Shown here: piece by piece, positions 1 through 9,686 of the stretch
Layout of the letters: the number at the start of each line of letters is the position of its first letter
How positions within the stretch are numbered: the first letter of the stretch is position 1
Virus record (IMG/VR): IMGVR_UViG_3300045988_108242
Span: 1-50,729 of that record
Length of the DNA: 50,729 bases
Origin: a virus
Direction: 5' to 3' (one strand)
Program-made: the position numbers and the translations under genes
Notes under the pieces: model-generated
Told to the model about the DNA's origin: nothing
The model's database searches: none
Seen by the model: the letters and a program-made list of their open reading frames with translations, nothing else

Positions 1-55
1 TAGCTTTGCTTTTTACTACTATCGGCAAACTTTTCATCAGCTCTTTGGTTTATCA
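1..55. repeat. 55-bp terminal direct repeat, copy 1 (identical to 50675..50729)
   Basis: tagctttgctttttactactatcggcaaacttttcatcagctctttggtttatca occurs at both window ends, and a CDS reads in frame through the join. This is typical of the overlap left by assembling a circular or circularly permuted molecule. Confidence 0.95.
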
Positions 56-935
56 ACCTTTCATATTCTGCACCAGTTTCATATTCATCTGAATCACTTT
101 GTATATCTCTTGCGTCTATCCATAACTCATTTCTGTTCCAACCTTTTTTGTTATAACCTTCATCTTGATATGATACAAACCACTTCCTTAGTGTTCCTTC
201 TCCCTCTCCTGCGATATAAGCCACGTTACAAAAGTCTTTTGTATTTAGTGTATAATCTGTTCTTGCTATGTTACTTAAACCTTGTGAAAATATAACTGCT
301 GCGTTTCCTTCAGCGTTTCCTCTTCTTCTATCATTTCCTGTTGATATAACAAGATTCCATTTTTGAATGTTTGTTTTTATTCCATCTACTTCTTTTTCTG
401 TTTCTACAACTGGCGTTAAAAACAATCCTAATTTGTCCTGTTCCATATGTTCTTCTATTGCATCCCATATATAACCACCAGTTATTTGTTTGTCTACGTT
501 GGAACATTTATTTTTTATCAATTCATCACTATTATAAGATATAGCAATGTTTATATATCTGTTACTTTCTTTATCACTTGTTATTTCACTTTCAACTAGA
601 CCTTTTATAAGTCCTGCTGTATTACCTTTGTAATTTATTGTACCAGATACCACTCTTTTTGTCAAGATGTAATTTGCAAGTCTACCAGATAATTCAACTG
701 TTCTTTCATATTCGCTATCACTTTCTTTTTTTATGTTTTCTATCTTTCCAAAAACTGTTCCATCAAACAAAATAAAAAAATCTTGTGATGCATCAAGCAA
801 ATATAGATTCTCTTCCGCAAGTCTTACATTTACTTTAAATGTTCCAACACCTCTGAATTTTTCTACATACTGTACAAATGTATATTTTCGTAATACGTCA
901 ATCTTTTTTAAATCACTGTTTAAAATCTCTATCAT
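1..935 (-). CDS. Tail-tip/baseplate structural protein, Sipho_Gp37-like; first 311 codons of a wrap-around CDS (continues 50674->50002, 535 aa in total)
   Basis: Absent from the ORF track because it crosses the contig end. The ATG at 935..933 lies 1 nt after the Dit stop (TGA 939..937). I checked the frame codon by codon: it is open to nt 1 and joins ORF 50002..50622 in frame. The junction peptide ...YTYGVDYMLGDFITVED resembles the conserved core of ReqiPepy6 Gp37-like tail proteins. The gene sits directly after Dit. Confidence 0.6.
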   Translation of the reverse strand, partial: MIEILNSDLKKIDVLRKYTFVQYVEKFRGVGTFKVNVRLAEENLYLLDASQDFFILFDGTVFGKIENIKKESDSEYERTVELSGRLANYILTKRVVSGTINYKGNTAGLIKGLVESEITSDKESNRYINIAISYNSDELIKNKCSNVDKQITGGYIWDAIEEHMEQDKLGLFLTPVVETEKEVDGIKTNIQKWNLVISTGNDRRRGNAEGNAAVIFSQGLSNIARTDYTLNTKDFCNVAYIAGEGEGTLRKWFVSYQDEGYNKKGWNRNELWIDARDIQSDSDEYETGAEYERLINQRADEKFADSSKKQS

Positions 936-936
936 A

Positions 937-1881
937 TCACATACCTCGCACATTAAAATATCTTTCTGTAAACTCTATAGATACCTCTATATTATTAACA
1001 TAATCTTCTGCTACAGAATATGCATAAAAGTTACTCCCTTGCTTTATTTGAAAGAATTTGCTTTTTGGTTTTAAATTACCAATTACGGAAATATCTGTTG
1101 CTGTAGATATATCATGTTTTACTGCATTTTCTTCACCGATATCTGTTGTTATTGTTATGTAGTCCCCAGTATCTAATGTTATGTCATAAAATTCTAAAAA
1201 CTCATTTGTGTTAACATTATATATTTTTGGGTTTTTTACTATACCACCATTGGCTTTTATTCTAATAATGCAACCAACATCTGCATCACCATTATTTTCT
1301 ATGCTTATTGATTGCCGCCTAAATATTTCTCCAAATATAACTTTTTCTGGTGGAATTACTAACGGAAAATGAAAACCACTAGAAATCATTGCAAGACTTA
1401 TAAATTTACTTCCTTTGTAGAATAGTGAATTGTAACATTCAAATTCCAAAGAAAAATAACATAACACCTCATTATTTTCTTTCATATCTGTAGAATATTT
1501 CGGTGATTGTGTTGGTCTTGCTTTAAGAAAATATTCACCAACTATAATCAAAACATCTTGATATACAGATATAAGTTTGTCCAGTTTCATTTTATTTTCC
1601 TGTATAGCTTTTTCCTGTTTCTCAAAGTATTCTTTCCATGTCATTCCTAGAATTTCTTCTTGCTCTAAATTAGCTGTAATATAACCAGTAACGGTAGGTT
1701 TTCTTGTTCCTACCGTTACACCAGATAATGTCGTACCAACTTGAAACGGTACTCTATATGAATCCATGGAAACAGATGGCATATCCCAGTCTATTGTATC
1801 AATAATAAAAGGTGGCTTATCTGCAACAAATTCTAAGATATCATTTGTTTTCATATTCTGTATACTTAACTGTTTTATCAA
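937..1881 (-). CDS. Distal tail protein (Dit, Sipho_tail-like)
   Basis: 314 aa, immediately downstream of the tape measure gene. The size and N-terminus (MIKQLSIQNMKTNDILEF..IDTIDWDMP) fit siphovirus Dit proteins, as does the TMP-Dit-tail tip synteny. Confidence 0.7.
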   Translation of the reverse strand: MIKQLSIQNMKTNDILEFVADKPPFIIDTIDWDMPSVSMDSYRVPFQVGTTLSGVTVGTRKPTVTGYITANLEQEEILGMTWKEYFEKQEKAIQENKMKLDKLISVYQDVLIIVGEYFLKARPTQSPKYSTDMKENNEVLCYFSLEFECYNSLFYKGSKFISLAMISSGFHFPLVIPPEKVIFGEIFRRQSISIENNGDADVGCIIRIKANGGIVKNPKIYNVNTNEFLEFYDITLDTGDYITITTDIGEENAVKHDISTATDISVIGNLKPKSKFFQIKQGSNFYAYSVAEDYVNNIEVSIEFTERYFNVRGM

Positions 1882-1895
1882 CTTTTATCACCTCT

Positions 1896-4556
1896 TTATA
1901 TTCCATATAAAAGCTCTTTTTTTGCTCTTTTCATCTGCCTTGCATACTCATATGCATCTGGCTTCGTGTTGTAGAAATTAAACGTATCACCACCCTGTCC
2001 TCTACGTCCTTCATTATACTCTTTGTTTTCCTGTGCTGTCAATACTCTTTCTCCTTTATGAAGTTCTGCAATATATCCATTATACGGAACATAGTCGAGT
2101 CCATTTGCGTGTCTGCCTTTTACGCTTGCGGCGGCACTCTTAGCACTGTTAGCACTTCCTACAACGCTGTTAAATCCTTCTACTATTCCAGATATAAAAG
2201 ATTTTATTGAGCTTGCAAAACCAGATACCCAACCGAGTATAGAATTTCCTACACTTCTTATGCCATCCCATAATGCATTAAAAGCCGCCGCACCTACACT
2301 TCTAAGCTGTGAACCTAATTGACTTACCTTTGCAGGAATTTGAGATAATATACCCCACACTTTTGATGGTAAGCTTGTAACAATTCCAACTACTGTAGAA
2401 ACAAAACTGGTAATTGCGGCACGTCCACTTGATACCATTTGTGAACCCCATGCAACAACTTTTTGAAATGTTTGTGCAAGAAAATTCCATATTCTACCGG
2501 GTAACTGTGAAAAAAATTCTCCAACTGTTTGTAAAAAGTTACTTCCAACTTCTATTCCCTTTTGTATCATATTAGAACCCCATTCAGTTACCTTGTTATA
2601 TGTGTTTACAAGCCACTCCCATACCCTGCTTGGTAATTCTTGGAAGAACGTCACAACACTGTTTATAAACTCTGGTATCGCTGTTGTCGCCCATTCTATT
2701 GCACTTGTCGCAAATAGATATAAATGCCCTAACATTTCTCCTACCATGATTCCTAAATTATTAGGTAACTCCTGTAAGAATGTTATTACATTTTGCACAA
2801 AACTTGGAATCGTTACTGTTGCGAATTGTTCTATTCCTTGTGGTAATGTTACGGTAAAAAATTCTATAACATTTTGCACTATCTCTTGACATTTATCCTT
2901 AAATTCCCCAATCTTTTGTTTTGCATTTTCAAACACTTCTGAAACTTTTTCTTTAAATATTTCAAAGGCTTGTGGTACTGTTTCTGTAAAAAATGTTTTT
3001 AAATCTTCTACAAGGTTGTTTATAAAATTTCTAAATGTTTCACTCTTCTTGTATGCTATAACAAATGCCGCTACAAGTGCTGTTATAGCCGCTATAACCA
3101 ATGTTATTGGACTTGTTAAAAATCCTATTGCACCAGCTAACATTGTCACACCAGTTGAAGCTCCTGCCGCACTCAATGCGGCGGTATTTAAACCAAATGC
3201 AAACACCGTAGATAAAGCACCACCAACTGTTGTTATTATTCCGATAATAGAACTAAGAAGGGAAAACACTTTAGAGCCTATCAACATTACTGGCGCAATT
3301 GCTGTAAGTATAAGTCCTATTTTTACAATTAAATCTTGTTGCGAATCTGATAAACTGTTAAACTTTTCTACAAGTCCTGTTATCCATTCTGCTAATTCTC
3401 TTATATATGGCGTTAACCTTTCTCCAATTGTTATTCCTGCACTTTCCAATGCACTTTTTAATAATGTTACCGCGCCACCCAAATTATCCTGCATTGTATC
3501 TGCCATTTCTTGTGATGCACCAGTACAATTCTGTATGCTTTCTGAAAGCTTTTGATAATCTTCGTCACTAGCATTAACTATCGCAAGTATCCCTGACATA
3601 CCTTCTTGCCCTGCTAACATAGCCGCATAACTAGCTTTTTGGTCTTCTGTTAAACCAGACATAGAACTTCTAACTTGTCTTAAAACATCGTCTAAACTTT
3701 TCATAGAGCCATCAGAATTTGTAACACTTATGCCTAATGCGTCCATTGCTGTTCCAGATTCTTTTGTAGGTTTTACAAGCCTTGTTATTGTACTTCTTAA
3801 TGCTGTTCCTGCTTGTTCACCTTTTATACCTGCATTTGCCATTAAACCTATAGCAACCGCTGTATCTTCTATACTGTAACCCATTGCACCTGCTATTGGT
3901 GCAACATACTTAAAAGTAGCACCCATTAACGAAACATTTGTATTACTTCGTGAACTTGCTTCTGCCAAAACATCTGAAAAATGTTCTGCATTGCTTACTT
4001 CTACATTGTAACCATTTTTTAAAACTTTTGTTGTACCATCAGCGGCAAGTCCAAATGCTGTCATTGCATCAGTTACGATATCTGATACAGTACCTAAATC
4101 TTCACCACTTGCGGCGGCAAGGTTCATAACACCAGAAATACTATTCAGCATATCTTTTGTATCCCAACCTGCCATTGCCATGTATTTGAAAGCTTCTGCG
4201 CTTTCTGTTGCGCTAAATTTTGTTTTAGCACCCATTTCTATTGCTTTATCTCTTAACTGTGTAAATTGTGTCCCTGTTGCTCCGCTTATTGCTTTTACTT
4301 CTGACATTGCACTGTCAAATGAGCTTGCTACTTTTACAGCCGCTGTTCCAACACCTAATAATGGTAATGTTACACCTTTGGCTAGTCCACTTCCAACGGT
4401 ATTTAAGGCACTTGAAAATCCTTTAAATTTTTGTCCTGCTGTTGCGCTTTTATCTCCAAATACCTTTAAATCATTATAGGCACTCGTAAAACCTTTAGAG
4501 AATTTAGAGGTATCTAATTCGAGGTAAGCTATAGCAGAACCCATGTTTATTGCCAT
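1896..4556 (-). CDS. Tail tape measure protein
   Basis: 886 aa, the largest structural ORF, following the chaperone pair. The N-terminal segment (AMSEVKAISGATG..AIEMGAKTKFSATESAEAFKYMAMAGW) looks like the TP901-family TMP core. It has a central hydrophobic Gly/Ala-rich stretch and helical repeats. Confidence 0.9.
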   Translation of the reverse strand: MAINMGSAIAYLELDTSKFSKGFTSAYNDLKVFGDKSATAGQKFKGFSSALNTVGSGLAKGVTLPLLGVGTAAVKVASSFDSAMSEVKAISGATGTQFTQLRDKAIEMGAKTKFSATESAEAFKYMAMAGWDTKDMLNSISGVMNLAAASGEDLGTVSDIVTDAMTAFGLAADGTTKVLKNGYNVEVSNAEHFSDVLAEASSRSNTNVSLMGATFKYVAPIAGAMGYSIEDTAVAIGLMANAGIKGEQAGTALRSTITRLVKPTKESGTAMDALGISVTNSDGSMKSLDDVLRQVRSSMSGLTEDQKASYAAMLAGQEGMSGILAIVNASDEDYQKLSESIQNCTGASQEMADTMQDNLGGAVTLLKSALESAGITIGERLTPYIRELAEWITGLVEKFNSLSDSQQDLIVKIGLILTAIAPVMLIGSKVFSLLSSIIGIITTVGGALSTVFAFGLNTAALSAAGASTGVTMLAGAIGFLTSPITLVIAAITALVAAFVIAYKKSETFRNFINNLVEDLKTFFTETVPQAFEIFKEKVSEVFENAKQKIGEFKDKCQEIVQNVIEFFTVTLPQGIEQFATVTIPSFVQNVITFLQELPNNLGIMVGEMLGHLYLFATSAIEWATTAIPEFINSVVTFFQELPSRVWEWLVNTYNKVTEWGSNMIQKGIEVGSNFLQTVGEFFSQLPGRIWNFLAQTFQKVVAWGSQMVSSGRAAITSFVSTVVGIVTSLPSKVWGILSQIPAKVSQLGSQLRSVGAAAFNALWDGIRSVGNSILGWVSGFASSIKSFISGIVEGFNSVVGSANSAKSAAASVKGRHANGLDYVPYNGYIAELHKGERVLTAQENKEYNEGRRGQGGDTFNFYNTKPDAYEYARQMKRAKKELLYGI

Positions 4557-4558
4557 GA

Positions 4559-4762
4559 TTATTTACCTCCAAATTTTTTATAAAATTCCGTAAAATTACT
4601 ATATTCTTCTTGTTCTTCTTCTCTTTGTTCTCTATATATCGGTTTCTCTTCATTCTGTAAACGTAACATTATTTCTGCACATGCTTCGTTAAAACAAAAA
4701 GCTGTATAAATGTCCTCTATGCCCATAATATCACTAGGCAGACAATTATACAGCTTTGACAT
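4559..4762 (-). CDS. Gp15-like small tail protein (gpT-position partner of the tail assembly chaperone)
   Basis: 67 aa (MSKLYNCLPSDIMGIEDIYTAF...) between the chaperone and TMP. It has its own ATG with a weak GAGAG upstream and lies in the +1 frame relative to the chaperone. Confidence 0.55.
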   Translation of the reverse strand: MSKLYNCLPSDIMGIEDIYTAFCFNEACAEIMLRLQNEEKPIYREQREEEQEEYSNFTEFYKKFGGK

Positions 4763-4784
4763 GGACAGTATACTCTCTATCTTT

Positions 4785-5195
4785 TTACTCTGTACGAAAT
4801 GATTCTAATGCTTTTACCCCCTGCTGAGAATAATTAAATAAGAACATCATTTGTTCATCTGTAAGCTCTAAACCTACACTTTTAATTTCTTCATATGTTG
4901 GTTCTACAAGCGTTTCCTTTGCAATAAGGTCTAATACATCATACAACTGTTTCATTGTATCTTCTTCCTCTGCATCAAGTCCTGCTCCATTTTGCAAGAA
5001 TAATTCATTTGCTTTTACAAGTAGTGAGTTAGGAATCTTTCCTTGTTTCGCCATTCCTAAGATAGATGGACGTTTTAATCTTGCAATAAGTGGTTGTCCT
5101 TCTGCAAAAGGCGGCATCTCCACAACTGTTCCATTTGCATAATTTTTTAAATCTTCAATACTTGTTACGTTTACTTCTCTCTTTTTTACTGCCAT
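4785..5195 (-). CDS. Tail assembly chaperone (gpG-like)
   Basis: 136 aa between the major tail protein and TMP. The acidic C-terminal half and overall pattern are typical of Firmicutes siphophage chaperones. Confidence 0.65.
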   Translation of the reverse strand: MAVKKREVNVTSIEDLKNYANGTVVEMPPFAEGQPLIARLKRPSILGMAKQGKIPNSLLVKANELFLQNGAGLDAEEEDTMKQLYDVLDLIAKETLVEPTYEEIKSVGLELTDEQMMFLFNYSQQGVKALESFRTE

Positions 5196-5217
5196 GTTAT
5201 ATTCTCCTTGTTTTTAT

Positions 5218-5865
5218 CTACATTGTTGTTAATGCACCGTTATCTACAACTGCAATACCATTATCATTTGTTTCAATACTTTGCTGTTCTGCGGTAAATT
5301 CTGTCAAGTTAGGTAATTGTTCTACATACTGTATCATATATGGCGCTTGACCTGTTTTTGGTGCGCTATTTATTGTATACTCTGGAACTCTGAATACGTC
5401 ATCCTCTGTATTTATTGTAACAGGCGTTCCTTGGCAATTCGGATATGTTATCTTTTCATACATTGTAATTTGCCCGGATGCATCATATACTGCCGAATAA
5501 CAATCAAGTTCAAATATTTCTCCTTTATCTGCACTACCTGCGACTGGTGGCGTATATTTAAGTGTTGTGCCACTTCCTTCTATTGTTCCACCTTGAAAAA
5601 TCTTTACAAGTTCTGGAATGAATACATTATCTGTTAATGTAATCTGGTGTCCTGTGATTGTTGTTGTGCTAGGTTTCTGCGATAATAACTTTCCTAGCTT
5701 TACAAGTTTGATCGCATCTACTGTATCTGTTTGCGGTTCTACCGCAATTTTATTAGCCGTATCAACTGCAATCTCCATTCCACTATCTTCTGTACCAGTT
5801 CTTACTATAACAAGTGCAACGTCTATAGTAGGAATACCTACAGCTTTCTTTTTTGTTCTAGGCAT
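5218..5865 (-). CDS. Major tail protein
   Basis: 215 aa, Thr/Gly-rich and predicted beta-rich, located between the neck genes and the chaperone pair. Confidence 0.7.
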   Translation of the reverse strand: MPRTKKKAVGIPTIDVALVIVRTGTEDSGMEIAVDTANKIAVEPQTDTVDAIKLVKLGKLLSQKPSTTTITGHQITLTDNVFIPELVKIFQGGTIEGSGTTLKYTPPVAGSADKGEIFELDCYSAVYDASGQITMYEKITYPNCQGTPVTINTEDDVFRVPEYTINSAPKTGQAPYMIQYVEQLPNLTEFTAEQQSIETNDNGIAVVDNGALTTM

Positions 5866-5879
5866 TATTTATTCTCCTT

Positions 5880-6236
5880 TCAATATTGTTCTATCTTTCT
5901 GCATCCTGCATATTGGAAACTCTTCATATGTCCTTTTACATCAGAATCATAAAAGCTTGCTGTTTCATTTCCTACATACATTATTGTTGGATACATTTTT
6001 TTTAACTTTTGTTTTGTTTCATATATTAGACTTTCAAGCCTACTGTAATTATTTTGCGGAACATAACACATTATGGTATATAATGGTCTTTCACTGGATA
6101 CAGTTAATGGAACTGTTATATCTTCCAATTTAACAACCACATATTCTTTTATACATTCTCCACTGTGCTGTGACGGAAAAAATGTTTCTGTCCCATCTTC
6201 CGCAATTGTATCATATATTTGTTTTAATATACTCAT
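5880..6236 (-). CDS. Tail terminator / tail-to-head joining protein (putative)
   Basis: The track ORF 5880..6335 is trimmed to the internal ATG at 6236 (MSILKQIYD...). That ATG forms an ATGA overlap with the upstream stop at 6233..6235. The longer N-terminal extension would overlap the upstream gene by 100 nt. The gene sits just before the major tail protein. Confidence 0.5.
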   Translation of the reverse strand: MSILKQIYDTIAEDGTETFFPSQHSGECIKEYVVVKLEDITVPLTVSSERPLYTIMCYVPQNNYSRLESLIYETKQKLKKMYPTIMYVGNETASFYDSDVKGHMKSFQYAGCRKIEQY

Positions 6237-6589
6237 GGTCTTAAATACTTTAATAACTCCTTGTATCCTTCTAATACTTCTTGACTTTCTGCATTTACAG
6301 TCTTTTGTAGTATTGCATATCTTTTTTCGTGGCACAATTCCAAATATACCCCATAATCAACGCCATGACCTATATAGACTCTTGTTTTATTGCTCAATGT
6401 TTCAACCCATCCTGTGAGCCTTTGTCTTGCGTGACCTGTTCTATCTGTCCATGGTCTATTTTGCTTTGCATAATTTTGAAATTTCTTTGCACCTTCATTT
6501 GCAAACATTTTAATAGCAATTTGCGACTTTGTTTCTGCACTCTGTAAATTCGCTAAAAGCTTTGAAGCATCTAGTCTAATTCCTGCCAT
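6233..6589 (-). CDS. HK97 gp10-like neck/tail completion protein
   Basis: 118 aa. The motif NRPWTDRTGHARQRL resembles the P.dTG.L motif of the HK97 gp10 family, and the gene sits in the neck module. Confidence 0.55.
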   Translation of the reverse strand: MAGIRLDASKLLANLQSAETKSQIAIKMFANEGAKKFQNYAKQNRPWTDRTGHARQRLTGWVETLSNKTRVYIGHGVDYGVYLELCHEKRYAILQKTVNAESQEVLEGYKELLKYLRP

Positions 6590-6956
6590 CTTGTACCAAC
6601 TCCAAAGATAAATCTACAACCATGTTATACTCTTGTATGTTATTCTTGTCTATAATGTTATATCTGTTATCATTTATTATAACAAACATTCCATTTTCAA
6701 TTTGTTCTGAGCCTTCCATGCATACCATTAACATCGGTTGTGACTTTGCTCTTACTTTTGTTCCATCACTTACTGTTTGTGTTGTGTATCCCTTTGTAAT
6801 GTGGAATAAACCACTAACCTTTTGAATCTCTTCAATATCGCTAGTGGTTTCTCCATATTTGTCTGTTTTCTGCTTGTACACGGTATATTCTTCACCATGC
6901 ATCTGAATCTCTCTTTTTACTTTGTAAAGCTCTGTAAAGAGCTTTCCACTTCTCAT
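6576..6956 (-). CDS. Head closure / head-tail adaptor protein (SPP1 gp16-like, putative)
   Basis: 126 aa in the neck module, overlapping its neighbours by 4 to 14 nt, which suggests translational coupling. Confidence 0.45.
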   Translation of the reverse strand: MRSGKLFTELYKVKREIQMHGEEYTVYKQKTDKYGETTSDIEEIQKVSGLFHITKGYTTQTVSDGTKVRAKSQPMLMVCMEGSEQIENGMFVIINDNRYNIIDKNNIQEYNMVVDLSLELVQDGRN

Positions 6957-7201
6957 ATCAACACCCCACTATTTGTTTCAATATACCTAGATGCCAACAT
7001 TTTAAAATAACTGGAACTATCTTTTGTGGTAAGTCCACTTACATTCAAGCCTGTAGTTTCTGCTTTTAATATCAACCCTTCATAGCTTGCTTTATTCACA
7101 TTCCCATTATTTTTTTCCAACAAATAGAGAAGTTCTTCGTTTGTAAAATACGGGGTTTGTTCTTCACGTAAATTAAATTTTAACTTTTCAAGATTGTCCA
7201 T
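6953..7201 (-). CDS. Head-tail connector (gp6/gp15-like, putative)
   Basis: 82 aa, the first small gene of the neck set after the capsid genes. Called on synteny only. Confidence 0.4.
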   Translation of the reverse strand: MDNLEKLKFNLREEQTPYFTNEELLYLLEKNNGNVNKASYEGLILKAETTGLNVSGLTTKDSSSYFKMLASRYIETNSGVLI

Positions 7202-7218
7202 GTTAGCACCTCCAATAT

Positions 7219-7527
7219 TTACATATTTTGTTCTCTAATGGCGTTTTGAATAATCTGTCTTGCTTCTCTTACATTCTTTGCAGAAGAGGTATCAATGTTA
7301 TGTTCTTCTGCATACTTCATAAGCTGTTCTTTATTCATCTCTGAAACAGGAACTTCTGTTTCTACAGCTTCATGTTCTATTTCTTCGGAAAAATCATCAA
7401 CAATTCCTTCTTTTGTTTTCTTTGTTTCTCCTACAAGTCTATATCCTTTTTTCTTAAAAATGCTATCATAAGCACTTTTAGAAACTTTAATATAATGTCT
7501 GTTTTTTACTGCTTCTACAAATGCCAT
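7219..7527 (-). CDS. Hypothetical protein with C-terminal HeH/SAP (Rho-N-like) motif
   Basis: 102 aa, directly after the major capsid gene. The motif EQLMKYAEEHNIDTSSAKNVREARQII is helix-extension-helix-like. Confidence 0.6.
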   Translation of the reverse strand: MAFVEAVKNRHYIKVSKSAYDSIFKKKGYRLVGETKKTKEGIVDDFSEEIEHEAVETEVPVSEMNKEQLMKYAEEHNIDTSSAKNVREARQIIQNAIREQNM

Positions 7528-7539
7528 ATTTTTCCCCTC

Positions 7540-8574
7540 CTAAACTGTTGTATCAATAATGTACACTTGGTCTGCTGTTGGGAAATCTGGCAAACAAATC
7601 ATTGTTACTTTTGTTTCTACGGTAACTGGGTCTGGAACTTTGATGGTAGTAACAGCAACACCAGTGTCGGTAATGTTTACATTTGCAACACTTCCAGCCA
7701 TAAGGTCAGATTCTTCTGGTGTTGTTCCAAACCATGTATTACCAAGTTTTCCAGATGGGAACATCACAAACACATCATCAGGAATATACTTCTGTGCTGT
7801 TCCATCTTCATCTTTATACCGTTTATCATTAACTGCAATTTCAAGTCCGAGTTCATCAGAAATGTATTGTTTAATTTTCTGGTCGGAAACAAATCCAACA
7901 CCATCTGTAAGTGTAAGGATAGATTTTTTAATTTCTGTATTGATTCTGAAATTTGCAAATACTTTTGAATTACAAACTGCTCTTTCTGGTGTAACTCCGG
8001 TATCTTCTACAATTTTATTGATACCATCTCTGATATCATCCATAATCGTTGCTGTTGGGTCACTCCATGACTTCTTAACTGTTACTTTGTGCGACTGTGG
8101 CATCTGATAATCATATTCATATGCCTGTCCATTGCCCTCCATAACAATAGTACCTGTAGTGAGTGCCATCATACGCATACGCTCTCTCTGTGCCGCCGCA
8201 CCTTCAAGAAGTTGTGTTTCGTCTGCAAAAATTCTATTTACAATTGCATCAATGTAAGCCTGATTTCCACTTTCGATAACCTTGTTAAGTTCCTGTCTTA
8301 ATTCTTCATCAATGTACAATGACTCTTTAAAAAATGGCATTTCTGCACTAAGCTTTTCAAAACCAATTCTGGCTCTCGGAATAGCCGCTACATCATATGC
8401 GCTTGGTTTTAAAACTACCGGAAGTCCATTAGAACCCTTTAACCATTTAAGGTCAAGTCCGATCTTTTTATCATCCGGGAAAAGTTCTTCCCCCATATAT
8501 GGTTCTCTATCTTGCTGTAAAAGTTCCCAATATGTTACTATTTCTTCACTGAGAATTAAATCATAAATAGTCAT
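7540..8574 (-). CDS. Major capsid protein (capsid protein E-like family)
   Basis: 344 aa. The N-terminus (MTIYDLI..VTYWELLQQDREPYMGEELFPDDKKIGLDLKWLKG) resembles the phage major capsid protein E family. It is preceded by scaffold and decoration-like genes. Confidence 0.85.
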   Translation of the reverse strand: MTIYDLILSEEIVTYWELLQQDREPYMGEELFPDDKKIGLDLKWLKGSNGLPVVLKPSAYDVAAIPRARIGFEKLSAEMPFFKESLYIDEELRQELNKVIESGNQAYIDAIVNRIFADETQLLEGAAAQRERMRMMALTTGTIVMEGNGQAYEYDYQMPQSHKVTVKKSWSDPTATIMDDIRDGINKIVEDTGVTPERAVCNSKVFANFRINTEIKKSILTLTDGVGFVSDQKIKQYISDELGLEIAVNDKRYKDEDGTAQKYIPDDVFVMFPSGKLGNTWFGTTPEESDLMAGSVANVNITDTGVAVTTIKVPDPVTVETKVTMICLPDFPTADQVYIIDTTV

Positions 8575-8600
8575 GTCTGTTTATTCCTCCTTATTTGTTA

Positions 8601-8990
8601 TTAACAAGCCACAAACTTAATCATTGGAAGTGCGGCTTTGACCTCTGTTGTGATTTTTGCTTTTGTTGTTTCGTCAATTCGGTTTGTATTAACAAATCCA
8701 AATAAAAGAACTGTTCCATTGTTATCATCGTCTGTTACATCAACATCATGTAAAAGAATACCAACTGCATTTGAAGCTCCTGTTGTTGTAGCGGCTGGCG
8801 TAAATGCTGTTGTTCTTTCATCAAGGTTTCCTGTTACTGGTGTTCCTGCTTTCGCAATTTTTCTTCCATTCTCTGCAACACCACAGGTAGTATCTACAAC
8901 AATACCCATTGATACCTGATGTTCTACTGCAAAAAGAATCTGATTTTTGTTTCCATATGTTTCTTTCATAATTCCTGTATTGTTAAACAT
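8601..8990 (-). CDS. Putative head decoration/auxiliary capsid protein
   Basis: 129 aa, Thr/Gly/Val-rich, between the scaffold and major capsid genes. Called on position only. Confidence 0.4.
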   Translation of the reverse strand: MFNNTGIMKETYGNKNQILFAVEHQVSMGIVVDTTCGVAENGRKIAKAGTPVTGNLDERTTAFTPAATTTGASNAVGILLHDVDVTDDDNNGTVLLFGFVNTNRIDETTKAKITTEVKAALPMIKFVAC

Positions 8991-9008
8991 TTATTTTCCT
9001 CCTTAATA

Positions 9009-9671
9009 TTATTTGCTGAAATAATGACTTTTTGGTTTTACTCTATTTGCAAGTAATCTTTCTGCCATTGTTCCTTTATGCTGGTTTTTCTGTTTTTCTG
9101 CACTCTTATTATCATCGGTGTTTGTTTCCGGCTTTTTGTTTACTCTTTTTCTTGTTACTGTTCCTTTTTGCTTTTCTTCTTCATCTTCATTTGAAAAATA
9201 AACCTTTCCACTTGTGCTGTCTTTAATTTCTGCAATGATAGCGTTAATATCTTTATCTTTTGTTACCTTCGCTTTTGCAATAATAACTAAATCATCTACA
9301 AGCTCTGGTTTTGCACCTAACTGAATTGCGGATAACTTTGCCTCTGCCATAATACGAGCTTCACGTTCTGCGACAAGCTCTTTTGTTGTAGCTGTAAGAG
9401 TATCATTAGACCTTTCTAAATCTGTTTTGTTCTTCTCTTCCTCTTCTTTTGCTTTTGTAACAATACCTTTAAGGGTATCACCATCTTCAACACCTAATTC
9501 TTTCAAATACTCTGCAATTGCATCATTTTTTACTTTCTCGGTGTCAACCGCATTTGTATTTGTGTTCTGTGAATTAGTATTTACATTTTGCTGTGTATTC
9601 TGGTTTCCATCTCCATTTTTATTTGTTACATTATCTCCATTTGTGTTTACATTTGTATTTGTTTCTGCCAT
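9009..9671 (-). CDS. Scaffolding protein (DUF4355/GP20-like)
   Basis: 220 aa with a low-complexity Asn/Thr N-terminus followed by a charged coiled-coil (KTDLERSNDTLTATTKELVAEREARIMAEAKL). Lies upstream of the capsid gene. Confidence 0.7.
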   Translation of the reverse strand: MAETNTNVNTNGDNVTNKNGDGNQNTQQNVNTNSQNTNTNAVDTEKVKNDAIAEYLKELGVEDGDTLKGIVTKAKEEEEKNKTDLERSNDTLTATTKELVAEREARIMAEAKLSAIQLGAKPELVDDLVIIAKAKVTKDKDINAIIAEIKDSTSGKVYFSNEDEEEKQKGTVTRKRVNKKPETNTDDNKSAEKQKNQHKGTMAERLLANRVKPKSHYFSK

Positions 9672-9686
9672 TTGCTTTTTCCCTTT

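Noticed and set aside
1-55. The 55-bp terminal repeat as a biological DTR or cos site.
   Set aside because: It is an exact duplicate inside a coding sequence that is only intact when circularised, and its length is typical of an assembler k-mer overlap. Genuine ends cannot be inferred from sequence alone.
2302-2490. Short minus-strand ORFs nested out of frame inside larger genes (2302..2490, 7764..7958, 41834..42028, 44313..44510, 50187..50375).
   Set aside because: They are fully embedded in well-supported genes (TMP, capsid, SSB-like, HeH protein, Gp37-like) in another frame, with no SD and odd composition.
5880-6335. N-terminal extensions of several track ORFs that begin at TTG or GTG or before the SD (5880..6335, 20694..20903, 31534..31848, 44020..44766, 46088..46402, 30745..30951 and others).
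   Set aside because: The extensions overlap upstream genes or run through the gene's own promoter or leader. Internal ATGs sit 5-10 nt after GGAG(G). I shortened them in the feature list.
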